A stretch of DNA of 64,000 nucleotides from Yuukianura sp. NJ FZ-2021 (GCA_046563655.1 CM102287.1:7254001-7318000); one strand, 5' to 3'. Counted from the stretch's first letter, positions 12,801 through 28,200 are shown. Program-made: numbers and translations. The notes: generated by a model from the letters alone, not told the origin.

Positions 12801-13777
12801 TTACGAGAATCCATTGGTTTCAAGATAACGAAAATTGTCGTACCATCGGAAAGTCTCGTGGATCCGATCTCTGATGAACGGGACTACTCCAACGTTCACT
12901 ATTGGCCGACTTATGTCCAACCGAAAGTTGCAATGAGAAAATCTTCTAAGCTTTTTAGCAAATACTTCCCAGGATCAACCGCTTGTCTTCAACTTGGATT
13001 TGTTTATAACAATTTTGCCCCGCTGTACAGCATTTCTAACAGAAGTAAGATTCACGATACGGTAATTCTGAATAGAAGAAAATTTTGTATAACAATCGGT
13101 GGCTGTTTTCTTTTTTGATATTTCAGGATCAATTTGTTCCAATGCCCAGTATGGGTTAGTTTCTGGATACTTTCACTCGCATCAAATCGGTCCATTTGAT
13201 ATTTTCCGTGGAATCATGCGTGTCGTAGGGCTGTCATTTGGAGCGGGAAATGACGATACGACTCGGTAACGCTTTAAAAAGAAGTCATTTCAAAGTTCGA
13301 ACAGGAAAATCTTAAATGTTGTGTTTTAAACTCTACGATTTCAGGAGTTGGTGTAATTCTGAGGAATATGAGTACTTGAATCCCTTTGTTCTGCATCCAG
13401 TTCAACAAATCAACGTCGGAGCAAGAACGCATAGTCGCATGATGTCGCCTTGTGCAAGTGATGCAATTGCGCAGTTTCTCACTTCCTTTCGTCCGAAATG
13501 CTTTGTTAAAGAAACTGATGAGAAGTCATTTTGTGGAAATGGTAAGCACTTGAAAATTGACACAAATTTAAAAAAGATCGCTAAAACATTTTCGTCGTTT
13601 CGTTTCGACTTTTCAGGAATCGTTGAACCAGGCGAAGACTGTGACTGTGGATCACACAGCAAGTGCCAAAGTATGCTAAAGCACTACCAGGCCCCCTGTT
13701 GTGGCGAAGGGGATACGCTCATGGGTTGCAAAAATCTTGGTCATCCTTGGAGGACGGACTGTCCTAAAGCTCCGTGA
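6845..13777 (+). CDS. Secreted ADAM10/17-like pseudo-metalloprotease with giant mucin-like insertion and truncated disintegrin domain
   Basis: Signal peptide; prodomain exons (GYVMGEINSRVEG, FHVEP); 1556-aa Thr/Ser/Pro/Glu exon; RKRR furin sites; TCAIDVLID; GSICS; degenerate zinc motif RVVGLSFGAGND; SPC; CGNGIVEPGEDCDCG; stop at 13777 with no TM segment. Exon structure around 12400-12640 is uncertain. Confidence 0.82.
7860..7983 (+). repeat. Coding poly-Thr (ACN)n tract
   Basis: Runs of aca/acg/act codons. Confidence 0.9.
8000..9900 (+). repeat. 60-bp (20-aa) coding tandem repeat QPTQMLTSTEAVTEFIVSSE, about 30 copies
   Basis: Successive 60-nt lines are nearly identical. Confidence 0.97.
9910..11360 (+). 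repeat. 39-bp (13-aa) coding tandem repeat ELPPTTEILSSTS, about 35 copies
   Basis: Unit accagcgaactgccaccaactaccgaaatcttgagcagc repeated. Confidence 0.97.
11524..12082 (+). repeat. 99-bp (33-aa) coding tandem repeat TKPPGRATSTRGANDPDSDELFEETTPGTKLAP, 5-6 copies
   Basis: gccacatccacgcgg recurs at 11641, 11740 and onward with period 99. Confidence 0.96.
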
Positions 13778-14866
13778 CCTTGACCTAGGATTTTAAATGT
13801 GAAGAGTTGAGGATTTGACATGAAAACTTGAATCAATTCACTCTGAACGAAGTTTTTACAGTAAAATGACTGAAAAAACTGACTAGTTACGCCGAATCGA
13901 CTAATGACTAAAGCCAAAAAGTGAAATACATCGCTCAATAGACGATGATGAAATATTTTCATACTATTTTCTTGTTCCTATACGTTTAATTTGTTCTTTT
14001 TATAACACTATTTAAGTGATTGTAATTCACTTTCGCATGACCTTTGTTGACCTTCAATAGGTGAGTTACTTTACTCCAATGTTAGATTCATCTGCATAAG
14101 AGTGCCTTTAGCGTCATTTTGAGTGCACAGTTCATGTGGTTTAGCATTTCAAATTTTCCCGGTGGCATTTAAAATCGCAATAAATTTGTTGTATTTGCGC
14201 ATTTGGCTCTCGGAAATAAAAAACAGAATAGAGAAAGAGCGAGATTTTTGCAACATCATTCGATTCATTCAAGTGATTTGTTCTAAAAGGTAAATTCTTT
14301 AGTGCTTGCTAACTTTCTAATTATTTTTTAAATTTATCAATCAATTGGAAGATTATTTATCAAACTCAAAAATCAACGTGTCCAGAACTATCGGATAAGA
14401 CCATTCGTGAATTAACTAACTGACTTCTGGACGGTAAAGGAATCTAACTTACTGATTTACTGTATTGTGTAACTAGTACTGGGCTTGGCAATACTCCATG
14501 TTCACAAAGCACGCAAATAGCTTAACGTAAACCTACAGCTGACTGTATTCTTTTTATTCCAACAGGCGTGTACAACATTTGATTAATAGTATCAAGTTCA
14601 CTTGACTCGGGCACTTGAAGCAGAAGCAGAGGCACTAGAACAAGGTTGTGGTTACGTGTACGTCTTCGTCGGGCCAGCAGTAATCACAGGAAACAGCAAT
14701 GGCAGCTGTTGCAACGGAGCCTCATGTGAGTCATAGCGTAGTCCAGAAATGAAATGATTGTTGAGAGATTGTTTCTTACATTGCTGTTCATTTTTAGCGT
14801 ACTGCCACAGATGAACCTGGTGGAAACGTAACTTCGACAAAAGACTCAGTTGGAGTAAAGAAGAAT

Positions 14867-16712
<1,846 letters not shown>

Positions 16713-17145
16713 GAGAGACGGACAGGATAATCTAAATTAACCGTGCACCTATAATATAATATATAAAAATCAGTTCTGTATAAAATTCTAGAACAAAAAA
16801 AAACATGAATGGTTAACGTCAATGATAGCTAACTGTTTAACATCCTAAAGGACAGGAATTAAAACCTTATAATTTATGATTCATGCGGATGAACGAACCT
16901 CAAACTTTTGAGATTTCACTCAAGTATGTCCAATTTCCAATTTTCGCAGAAAGTTGCGTAAAGTAGTTCGTCTCCTTAAACTCACCTTGCGTAATGTACA
17001 GGGGTTTAGGGATTTCACTGTGCTGAAACTAATGTGAAAATGTAAAAATTAGTTCCACTGTGTTCTCCATGGCTGACATCTTTTATTGAACCATGGCACA
17101 ATTTTCAATTTTAGAGTCACTCTCTCGCGGAAGTAGCACAGCCGT

Positions 17146-17156
17146 TATAAATAAAA
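17146..17156 (+). promoter_or_regulatory. Putative TATA box of the small secreted-protein gene
   Basis: TATAAATAAAA about 60 nt upstream of ATG 17210. Confidence 0.45.
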
Positions 17157-17209
17157 GGTGACGAAGCCCAAGTAGGGCAGTTTTCGTTTTGTACTTGTCA
17201 GTTGTCACC

Positions 17210-17804
17210 ATGTCTGTCACTTGGCTTGTGTTGCTGTGCTGTTCGTTCGCTCTTTCCTCAGCTCAACGCGAGGCTAATGTCGCAGTTACCGCGAATTCCG
17301 AGGAATCGGGATCCGATTTGCTAAGTCCCTCGGAAACAGACGACCATCATTTACGAGCCAAACGTCAAGCTTACAACCACAATCCACAGTAAACTTCAAA
17401 AATCAAAATTAGCCAAAAATTTTATAAAATATCAATTCTTTGTTATTTTTTCCTTGTCAAGACCGTACCATACTCAATACAGTCGTCAGTACCATCCGGA
17501 ACCACAACGAACTCAGTATCACCAGTCTGGCGGTGGACCGGACGGGTACGGTGGAAATGCTTATAACGAGAACTCTGGCAACGCTGCGGCGTCTGAGTAC
17601 GGTTCCGAATCCGGATCGGCGTATGGGTCACAGGGAGGTCATGAATCTGGCGACAATGGCAAAGCGCACCAAGAATCGTCATACGATGAGCCCGATGGTG
17701 GTTATCAGGCTGAAGATGACAGCGGAGACACTGATCATGACAACGATGAAGGCGGACATGAGGATACTGATGATAACGGTGGGCATGATGACGAAGATCA
17801 CTAA
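17210..17804 (+). CDS. Small secreted Gly/His/Asp-rich prepro-protein; exons 17210-17388 and 17462-17804
   Basis: Signal peptide MSVTWLVLLCCSFALSSA, acidic pro-region, RAKR|Q, in-frame GT-AG splice into the Tyr/Gly-rich then Asp/His-rich exon. Confidence 0.75.
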
Positions 17805-18297
17805 AATCCTGACTCTGAAATGCTTGAGAAGTATAACTTTAAGTTTGAATCAAGCTAACGAAAACTTATTGGCGTTAATAAAGTAGAAGTTAATTTAATA
17901 TTTCTTAAAGCTAAAGCTGGGAACTGGGAAATGCTTGGCCTTGCACAACATTGCGCCTGACTTTAAATCCTGACTTACGATTTCATAAAAATTTTAGTTC
18001 AGTTTAGTTTAGCTCAAGAGTGTATAGCGTATAACAGCATTTGTGCTAACTTTTAGCAAAATTGTACTCGTTATTTCCGGTATAATATCATTGGAATCTT
18101 AGGCGTAATGCTTAACACACCGAATAAAAAAGACTCGTCAAGAATGAAAAAGTTGGACAAATAGAAAAAGAAGGTACAAGGTGGAAATGCTGGTTTTTCA
18201 ATTTCCATTTTTTCCACGGCGGTCGTGGAGTCATCAAAAACTACTCCATGAGAATGCTGCTCGCCCATTCAAAACTTCTTCTTAGTTCGGCCATTCG

Positions 18298-21200
18298 TCA
18301 CAAGTCATCTGCGCATGAGTCTTCGTTTACCAGGAACTGGTAGATAAAGGCTTCTTTCCGACGTTCGTCCCTCTCTTTTGGCTTGGTTTGTAAATTTTGA
18401 TCATGAAGCAGAACACGTCCGAAGAGCACCGCTGTTGAACCGTGAACAGAATTCATACTTTTGTTTTGCTATGATTTGTATGCAAGATTCAGTCGTTCCT
18501 CTTACCTAACATTTTGGCATCCACTCCATTCTTATCTGAGTGAAGAAGGAGCTCTCTCAGGAAGGTGCAAATGTATACAAAAACGTTCTTATGTGCTGCG
18601 GGAAGCTGCTTCAGAAGCTGTGGAACAAAGAGACATGTTAAATCAGATTATATGACAGCACGGCTGTCTTTGTGTCACATTTTTTTTCAGTACCTGCTTG
18701 GAACTTGTGAAATTGGAAGATGCGTCCATGCATTTCGAGTGAAAGGAATACGGCACGATGGGTTCAGGAAATGAGTCTAAGAGTATCACCAACACTTCAG
18801 CTACTGAGTCAACATTTCCAGCTAAAACATAAAAAATCAATTAACGACACTTTCCGAGAAATCTGCTAATTACAAATGCCTTGATGTGCACTTACGCATT
18901 GGCGTGTTTGGAATTTCATCCAACCAATCACGAATTTGCAGAATTTCTGTCGTTAATCCAGATTGAGCAAATAGGTTTGATTTGTCCATTCCAGTCTTGT
19001 AGAGTCGGTCCACGAGGAACCACAATTCTTTGGGAATATCGTACTTCGAAATAGGCAGTTCTCCTTTTTCCTAAAAACGAACAAAATTCATTTTTGAAAA
19101 ACATTTTTTTGGCTTATTGCCAGCTAAAATGTTACACTAGACTGGCCGGCAAATCCAAAGTTTTTTTTTCCCGAAACGCAGTCCCCCCAAAAACGTTAGT
19201 TATAGTAAGAAAAAAAATCAGTAAAAATTTTGACCCGATTGGTCAACGTTTAGGGGTCGCGCAGGTCACCGAAAGTTTGACGGAAATGTGTGTAAGAGGT
19301 CAAATTTTCACTGCGCATGACCCCACCCGAGTAGCACCTCATTCGAACCGCCTTGACATACTGATTCCAAAAATATATAAATGTTGACCATTATGACCTC
19401 CCGTTGACCTGCGGATGGGGAGGGGGGTTGGGATGGGGTGCATAATCATGATCATTTTGACCCAGCAGGTCAACGAAAGGTCATAGGGGTCAACATTTAT
19501 ATATTTTTTGAATCAGTAGGTCAAGGCGGTTCGAATGAGGTGCTACTCGGGTGGGGTCATGCGCAGCGCCCTGACCATGCACCCCCACCCCAACCCCCCA
19601 CTCCCCGTCCGCAGGTCAACGGGAGGTCATAATGGTCAACATTTATATATTTTTGGAATCAGTATGTCAAGGCGGTTCGAATGAGGTGCTACTCGGGTGG
19701 GGTCATGCGCAGTGAAAATTTGACCTCTTACACACATTTCCGTCAAACTTTCGGTGACCTGCGCGACCCCTAAACGTTGACCAATCGGGTCAAAATTTTT
19801 ACTGATTTTTTTTCTTACTATAACTAACGTTTTTGGGGGGACTGCGTTTCGGGAAAAAAAAACTTTGGATTTGCCGGCCAGTCTAATGTTACACTTACCA
19901 GTTCAATGAGCTTTCCAGGAGAAATGTTTCGAATTGGCTCAGACATATTCACCAACGCTGTGATGGAACATCCAAAAACGCTTCTCTCGTAATCTCCCAC
20001 CACTGTTACGAATATGTCTTTTCCGCCTTCCAGATGAAGCACGAGAATGTCATAAAGTGAATCTTTTCCAGTGTTCAAACCCGCCGCACTACGCTTGTCC
20101 ACCATCACTTCCAGTCTAATCTCACACGATTGCTCTAAACACAAAAATCCCAAACGGATTTAGATAAAAAGTAAAAACACAAAGTGACTTTTGAATTGAA
20201 TTTTTTTTATACATAATTTCAGCAAACCTGGTTGTATAAATGCCGAAATTGGTTCAATTTGAAGCCAGTCCTTGCAGATGTAAGTATCGTTTAGCTTTTT
20301 GATGAAGTCCACTCGCACAGCATACTAAAAATTTAAAAGAAAAAATTAATACAATACAAAAGAAAATCTCTTCCAAAAACGAAATCAAAACAAGAGGAAA
20401 GCGATGACACATGAAAAAAAAAACTTGGAAATTGGATCCACCGACAGTTCAAAAAGATAATGTCAAAGGACGCCTTCAAATTGAATCATAAAAACAGAAC
20501 AAGAGCTTTTCATTGTATGAAAAGCTCTTGTTCTTTATTTTTTTATGAAAGTTCATACCTGTCCGACATTTCGAACTACAAAAGATCTCCGCACGGGTTC
20601 CAGGAATTTGACCTTTCCAAAATGAATTTCATTTCTATTGGAATGCGGGAGTAAACCGGAGCCTGGAATGTCCACAACGACTTGCGGCAGACATTTGTTC
20701 TCTTCTTTATCCAGCCATTTGAGTGCCTCTTCGTATACTTTACGGTACTTGGGTTGGTTCAACACTTTGATCTGGAAAACAAAAAGATGGAAATGTCAGA
20801 CTGCTGAAAAACAAAAGAGTTGAAGTATCATATATTTTTATTGGCAGTATTACTTTGGCTTCAAACAAAGATGCTACCGGTTTGTGATCACTCAGCTTGT
20901 ACTGGCCCACCGAAACGTAATCAGTTTGAGAAATGTTGTCGCCCCTCCATAGGACACGATCACACCACGCTGGAGATCGGTTCTTTTCACTTGAGTCCCA
21001 ATTGTCACTATTCACATCGTACTTATACGTTGGACGGAATTTGATTGGACCTTCCGTGAATCCGTGAAATACTTTGCCATCTTTCATTTGATCTCTGAGT
21101 TGATCGTACTTCAGTACGTCTGCGTACCGGCCACTCTTGATCATTGCTTTGGCTTGATCTGGATCCAGTGCAACAGGATTAATTCGGTAATTCATGTCTC

Positions 21201-24200
21201 CAAACCAGAAAATTTGACTAAAAAAGAACAGCAAATAATGTCAACTTAAATTAATCTCTTTTAGTGTTTCAATTTTAGCCAACAATGCAACTGACTCATG
21301 ATCTCGAATATGTGCTGGACCATCTTTGGTATTGAAAATGAGTCGACTCGAAATTTGACTGTAGTCTTGGTTCCGTCTTTGGTATTCTTCTACATGAGCA
21401 GCCAAATGACAATTGACGAAACAAACGGACGTTTCATGGATATCAAACCGAACAGCAACACCTCCTTTATTTCCCTGTAAAACCATAAGTAAACACATAA
21501 AATTCAAGATCTTTTCTTTCCATTTTCGAAAGTACTCGGAAAGTAATAAATCCAGTAAAAATCGAATCCAATTACCATTTTTCCCAAGAGTCCTGTTCCA
21601 ACATACTCTCCTGCCACGGAGTGATGGTGAATAGATTTATGGAAATCATCACGAACGAAGACAATGATCATCATTCCAACGAGTCTAACGAGCTCCAATT
21701 TTCTGTACTTTGCTCCAGGATGAAGACTCTTTTTCACTGCAACCCTGGAGAATTTCCAAAAAAAAATCCAATTAATCTAACATTCATTCATGCATTTTTT
21801 CGGAAACTGATTTTTCAAAAATTTCTTGCAAATCTTTGAATTTTTGAGGTTCCCATGAATGAGCAAGTAAAAGATGAATATTATTGAAGTGAGCCACATA
21901 CGTACAGCCATTCTTTCTCCCTGGGGCTGTCACTAAAAAGAAAAGCTTCTTTGGACAAATCCAGTTCCTGGAATCCAACAGCATAGATATGCGGTGGTTC
22001 TGTATCTCTGACAAGCCAGTCTCTGAGACAAATACTGCCAGGACTCTGGCCATTTACATTCCAAGTAGCCACGTAGACCTTGATTCCTTGTAGATCCGTG
22101 TACGAGTCTTTCTTGGTGTCGAGAATATTTCGAAGTAGCAGTTCGCGCCCAGCGACGGAAGTAATCGTCGTTGGCAAATTTGCAGTTCCAACGCCCCCAG
22201 GCACCAAATTCTCTTCATCCTCGTCACTCTGTGAAAAATTCACAAAAAGAAAAATGGAATTAGTTACGAAGAATACCTGAGGGTAGCACAAAATTTCCGT
22301 AATCTGAATCAGCACAATTGAATTAACTATGGCACAAGCATCTCAGCACCAGGGCTACCACTGCCAAGGAACTGTAAGACACACGTCGCTTCAAATCTTC
22401 GAACCACATCCCATTTCTTTAGTCTTTTTCACAATAGACCAAAATTTTATAGAAGCCAAAAAAGCCTTTTAGCATAACAAAAGCTTTGCAAATTTCAAAC
22501 CAGCAGCAGTCGTCTCTTCCGAGGCGAATTGGATCTGCATCTCCATTTACTACAAGGCGAAGGCATTCCACACAAATTTTTAGCAGAACAACAAAACAAC
22601 TCAGCACGCCACGTTAATTTTGTGAATTCTGCTGGTATTTTTTTTATTTTTGAAGTAATAAGTTTTACGTTCCGCTTTTTACAGCGTTGTAAAAACAAGC
22701 CAAGCCGATTTCAAAAAGCAAAAAAAGGAAGCGTCATGCCAATTTTTCAAGGCAAAGCTTTGCAGAATTTTAGAATTTTCTTCATCTCACGTCCTCCTGC
22801 CCGAAAAATGTGATCCAACGTTTCAGTCTATAAAATTATTACGTCTCTTGAGCCATAGTCACCGCAAGACATGCATGCATAACCTTCTTTATAAAGCAAA
22901 AGCATGTTTCATTCATTGCTCGCAGCAAAACGCAAAACACTTCAAAAAGGGATCTAAATATTCGCAGAGTGTGACAAATTGTCATGTCGAGAGAGAAAGC
23001 ACGAACGTCGTTACATTCAATCGAGCAGTATATAGGAAGCACCCTCTTCTATTTTTATGACAGTTCTGCACACTAGTCCTGGCACGATCAAGATTCCATT
23101 AGTCAACTTTCCCATTCTTCTTCCAGTTCCAGTTCCGTTCACTTCCAAAATTGAAAAGCGAACTCATACGACACTTGACACAGTTCTGGAGAAACTTCCA
23201 GTTCTGAAGAGCCTTCCACTTGTTCTTCCAGGATTTCATACGCACCTTCTACTCAATAGATTTTACAACTTCCAGCTCAGCACACTTCAAAGTCCAACCA
23301 ACTACAAAAACATGACACGACGCCACCATTCTCTCAAAATTAACTTCATTTTCAATAGATTTGGAATTTAAACGTAAACTTACGCTCTCATCTGATCCGG
23401 ACACTGTCGTAAAATGATGTTTGTTCACCAGAAATGGATTGATGTCGGGTTGACTAGCAGCTGAATTAGGATCCTCCATTAGAAGGTTTCTGTAGTAATT
23501 TAGCCAAGAAAAACTTTCACCAGTAGAATCCTCGTGCTGTGTTGCATCTGAAAGAAGACGAGGACACGTAATCACCAAAACTGAACAAACTTCAATCACC
23601 ACTAAAAGTAAATTCATAGTAACACCAACATTTTTGACGTAACCAACCACACTGAACACAAAAGGCAAACTACAAACCGCATGACACGGACATGGATTGG
23701 AGAAAAAAAGAACAAACTTCTTCTCTAGCCTCTTTTTGCACAGAATGCCAAACACTTTGGATATAAAGTTCTTCTGCTGTTGGTGCTGGACTGAATAGCT
23801 CAGGCGAAAAAATTAACAAACCAGAGCCCCAAAAAAAAGTTTGCCAAAGGGAGGCGGATTTCTCAATCCAAAGCTTTAAACTTTAGTGTGTTAACGCACA
23901 AAGTGCAAAAAAATTAATTATTCGTGTATCCCAGGAGAGCTTTGTTCCACATTTTGCCAAAACTGAAACTGAAAACTCATAACACGAAAGGCACACGGTT
24001 AACATTAAACTTTTAGCTTCTTTTTCTATTACTATGCGTAAAAATTAATGATCCGTAAAAAACTTACAAGAGGCGGCCCGGAACACTTCGTCTATAAAAT
24101 TTTGTGACAAGTTTCCACAGGCGAGTCTAACAAATTGTGGTTTCATAAGTCCACTTTTTATCAAGACACAAACTTCTGACTCATCTTGTCCATTGTCCAT

Positions 24201-24413
24201 CCCTAAAAGTACAAAAAATAGAACAAAAAAACAGTTTTTAACAATGTTCATTAATCATTTACGGCTCCAAAAAACTCCCACGCCATAAACGCCGGGACGC
24301 TGATTCAGTCTGTATCTCATTTTGAAGCAGCTTAAACCTAAGTACGCTTTTATCAGGTTAACGAGCAAAACGGAGCTACTGTGACGACAAAACGCTTCAA
24401 GTGTGACGCTCAT
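18298..24413 (-). CDS. OCRL: OCRL/INPP5B type II inositol polyphosphate 5-phosphatase (PH, 5-phosphatase, ASH, RhoGAP-like); 5' exons uncertain
   Basis: [47 protein letters not shown] domain [14 protein letters not shown]; RhoGAP-like [16 protein letters not shown]; ends [20 protein letters not shown] with no CaaX box. Confidence 0.93.
19138..19885. mobile_element. Non-autonomous foldback/MITE element with ~305-bp near-perfect TIRs and a 9-bp TSD (Mutator-like)
   Basis: Termini TAGACTGGCCGGCAAATCC and GGATTTGCCGGCCAGTCTA. ATGTTACAC lies directly on both flanks (19129-19137 and 19886-19894). Confidence 0.93.
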
Positions 24414-24872
24414 CCTAGAGTGAAGTACTACCGCCAAAATCGCTGCATAATACGTGTGCCCATGAACTTTAAGATTTTGCAAATATTTGCCTATATTGCG
24501 TAATAGTTTGCCAAATCGATTTCGAAATCACAAAGCCATTTCGCTATATCCTCAATATTTTATCGAATATCAATGACGAGCGACAGGGGAGACATGCGGA
24601 ACAAGATAAACGACAAAACTCATTTTTCTAGACAGGTTTTTTCGGTTTCTGCGTTTTTTTGATTTTCATAAACATACTGAAAACACTCATGGCAGAAGTA
24701 ATAATTCAGACTCATCAGTCAAGAAGACGCCGGATATGACAGTCGCAGTCCCATGTACGACTCACTTTGACAAATGGGAACATTTTTCAGGTTGCTTTCA
24801 CTTTCAAATCTACTTTCACTAAATCAATACCGGCCTTACACCTAAGCGAGGCGTGTCTATCTGCCCCCTCTG

Positions 24873-25221
24873 ATGTCCATATTTCCAGCTAAAACCGGTG
24901 CTCTGCATGTGAAAGTTCCCACAGTCACAGTTCATGAGCCTTCAGGGACGAAGAAAGCTTTTAAAGCGTGCAAAACTTTAAGGGAACCCCTGCAGCAGAG
25001 GGGTTCTGGACTTTCATGGACGGGTACTTACGGACAGATGATGGACAATACAATGAAAACAATGCAAGGTTATCTACTGAAATGAGATGTTATAACAAAG
25101 TTCCTACAGCAACGAAATAGTTTTCCTTTAACAGGTTTGGCCATAAGTCCTGTTTACGAAAAATCCCGCCTCGAACAATTTTTTCCGTCAATCCCATTTG
25201 ATTACATTGCCATAGAGGAAG
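24873..25221 (+). other. Possible exons of a small unannotated gene divergent from OCRL
   Basis: Open exon-like segments joined by a GT-AG intron in frame (..MKTMQ|GLAISPVYEKSRLEQFFPSIPFDYIAIEE|). No recognisable domain and no clear start. Confidence 0.3.
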
Positions 25222-28200
25222 GTACGGTGAACCAAGTTTTGCTACCTTTTTTAACAAAACTTAAAAAGTTCTATCTAGTTATTGCCTAACCTGTTGAAGA
25301 AAAAACTATTTTCTTGTTTACGAACCTTGTGTTAAATAGATGTTATCCATGCCTTGTTTACAAGTATCCGTCCAATTATGTCCCGTCACGGAGCAATAGC
25401 TGTGACCACGAATGCGGAATCCCATCAAAGTTTCTCACTAGCCATAACCAGTATCGCTTTTAAATGAGAAATTAATGAAATTCGTGTCCTAGAATCTTTA
25501 GTCTTTTTAGTCTCGCCGAGTTCTAGTCTTTTACTCACCGAGTTTTAGTCTCAGGCGCACCAAATTTTAGTCTTTTAATTAAGCTCACCGAGTTCACAGC
25601 TGAAGGAACTCCCACTGATGGGGATGAGATTCACCAGGTCAATATCTTCCGCAGATCGAATCGGTGGTCGCCCATCACAAACCAATATCACAAACTCCCG
25701 CGTGTCAGGCGACACATTTCCAGTCGTCTCATTTCGCCCCTTACTCCGATCCACGTTTCTATAATTTTTCTGGAGACGATCCTCCGCCTGGATTCGATCC
25801 TCCGTCCAAACTCCATGTTCCACCAGCGCCAGAATTCTAAATTTATTCTCCAGAGTGCACTCCACCACGTACACAATTTCATCCAGAACGAACGAGAGAG
25901 AGTAAAACGGTTAAGGAAAATAGTCATTTCTCGGTTTAACTTCAACACACGCGTAACATAAGCAGAAAGGAAAGTGCACGGCATAATATAAACAGGAATT
26001 AGGCAGAACCGTAGCATGTGGAAAGCAATAAACAAAGAAAGCATAGGGGAAATCTCGAAATTTGAATAAAACGAGTGCTGCGTGGAGAAAGTCAAAGGAA
26101 AGATTCTAATTTCTCTTTGGATGGAGTAATTATCCAGATTACTTTTCCACTAGACTTCTACTCAAGTGGTTCCGTAAATGAGAATCCAATTGCTTCAATT
26201 ACTTCGTTTTACAAAACCTAACTTAAAAACCTAGCCAGAAAACTAAACTTAGAAAACCTTTGAAACTGAAACGGATTAAAAGCCTATAACTCCTTTCTGC
26301 CTTCTTTCCAACAAACCTAGATTTAGTTTTTACAAAACCAAGGTTTCCTTCCACGGATTTCAAAAGAAAAGAAGCTCAACTGTCTAGCGAAATCATTCTC
26401 CAGTGAGGTCAAGAGTTTCTAATACAAACTTTCTATTTAAGTTTACACTTTAGTTTTTATTGTATCTAACCTAGCCTTGCTTTAACAATTCAACTTCAAA
26501 GATTCACCCTAACAAACTTTTTCCCGCCTAACCTATTCTATTTACACGCTTAGCTTACTCCTGCAACAAACTTTCTCGTGTTGTCTTTAGTTGTTTCCAG
26601 TGTTATTCATTACACTTTCACTTTCTCTAACCTATAGCTTTCCTTCCTAACTTCAAGCTTCAGAAAGAAAACAAATCAGAGAAAACATTCAAAAGCAGCC
26701 TAGGCTACTTCAACTCTCAGGACTCTTGATTTATAATCAAGAGTTCTAATTCAATTAAGGAGCCTTACACAAAACCACTCCATTACGTTACGCTTGTACA
26801 GAAGCCAAAAACCTAACTTCAGAGCAGCAACCTACCGTGGTAACAAATTTTCAAAAAGAAAAGTCAGAGGTCAAAGGTCGTCACTAGTGAAACCTTAATT
26901 GATGAATCTCGAATCCAATTTGGAAATCTACAGGAAGAGGAGGAGGGTGTCTCAGTTGATGGCTTTCTATTTGCTTTCACTTTCATTTTTCAATCACACT
27001 CTCCCTTGCCTCCACCAGCAGCAGCTCATCTAACCTAAACCAACGTTAGATTTCTCTCTAAAACCCTAACTTTTTTCTATTTTCTAACTTTCCTCTAAAA
27101 ACTCATTCCAAGATGGTAAGAAATTGGACAAAAAAGTAATCTTTGTTGAAGAGAGCTTTAAATAACCCGGTTTATCTCCTACTTTCGATCATCACGATTC
27201 ACGAACCACTAGAATGGAACTTGAGGGAATCCCATAGTCAATTCTACAAAATCCAGAAAAGTTGGAGAAAGTAAAGTACTATGCCCATGTTCCCATGTCC
27301 AGAATTTTATTACTCTAGATATTGGAATGAACTTTCTCTTTTCCTACTACACTGGAAGTAGAGTTCCTCAAAGTCAAAATGTTACTCTCAGAGATTCAAT
27401 GGCGGTTCAAAAGCATCTTGTTCCTCCATACACTTCAACTTCTGCTTTTTACAAAACCTAACACACTTTCGTAAAATGGGACTGGAATAAAATAACATGG
27501 AACAGACAAAACTCAAAAACTTTTTAAATGAATTCCATCTCCTCTCATCCTTGCTGCTGCTTCCGTCCTAGAAGAGGCACTTGAAGAAACCTAAAAAGTT
27601 AAAAAAGCTTCAAAAACTTTACTTTTTTGTCCTTTCTGTCCTTCCTACAATTTCAAATCTCTTCAAATTTTATGTTCCAAACATGTCAAGAATTGGAGAC
27701 AAAGTTACTAAAAGTATAACAATGTCCTCTAATTTACACTTCCAACTAAAAGTTACACCAAAAATCTTCTTTTGGGAACAAAATCAAATGCTTCTCCCAC
27801 GCAACTTCTACCACCACATCATTTGAAATACTAAAACTTAACAAACTAATTCCAACTCCAAACTTTCTTTTAGTCTATAAACTTTCTCGACGCTCATAAT
27901 CCAACTTTTGTAAGAAAACAAGCGAATCATCCCTTTTTAGCAAAGTTCCTTCCAATCAAAAACAAAAACAATCAAAACTTGCTAATCTTCAATCTCCAGA
28001 AACCTAAAGTAAATTTCTAAATTTCGACATTTGGTTGTTTCAAAACTATTCAAACCAAAACTCGCTAACAGTAAAAAAAAAAAACAGAAACAGAAGTAGG
28101 ACTTCTGAAGGCAAACCTATAAAAAATGCAGAGAAAGGACAAAATTGCAATAAAATTGAAACTACGAATTTAACAATTTTTTTGTGTTCCGCCATTGTGC

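Noticed and set aside
14230..14866. Possible spliced 5' UTR with upstream ORFs before PSMC5
   Set aside because: Splice-like sites are present, but the structure cannot be resolved without transcript data.
18950..18990. OCRL RhoGAP-like domain lacking the catalytic Arg (LFAQSG)
   Set aside because: An established property of the OCRL/INPP5B family, not novel.
19094..19632. Short ORFs inside the foldback element
   Set aside because: No transposase motifs. Chance ORFs in a non-autonomous element.
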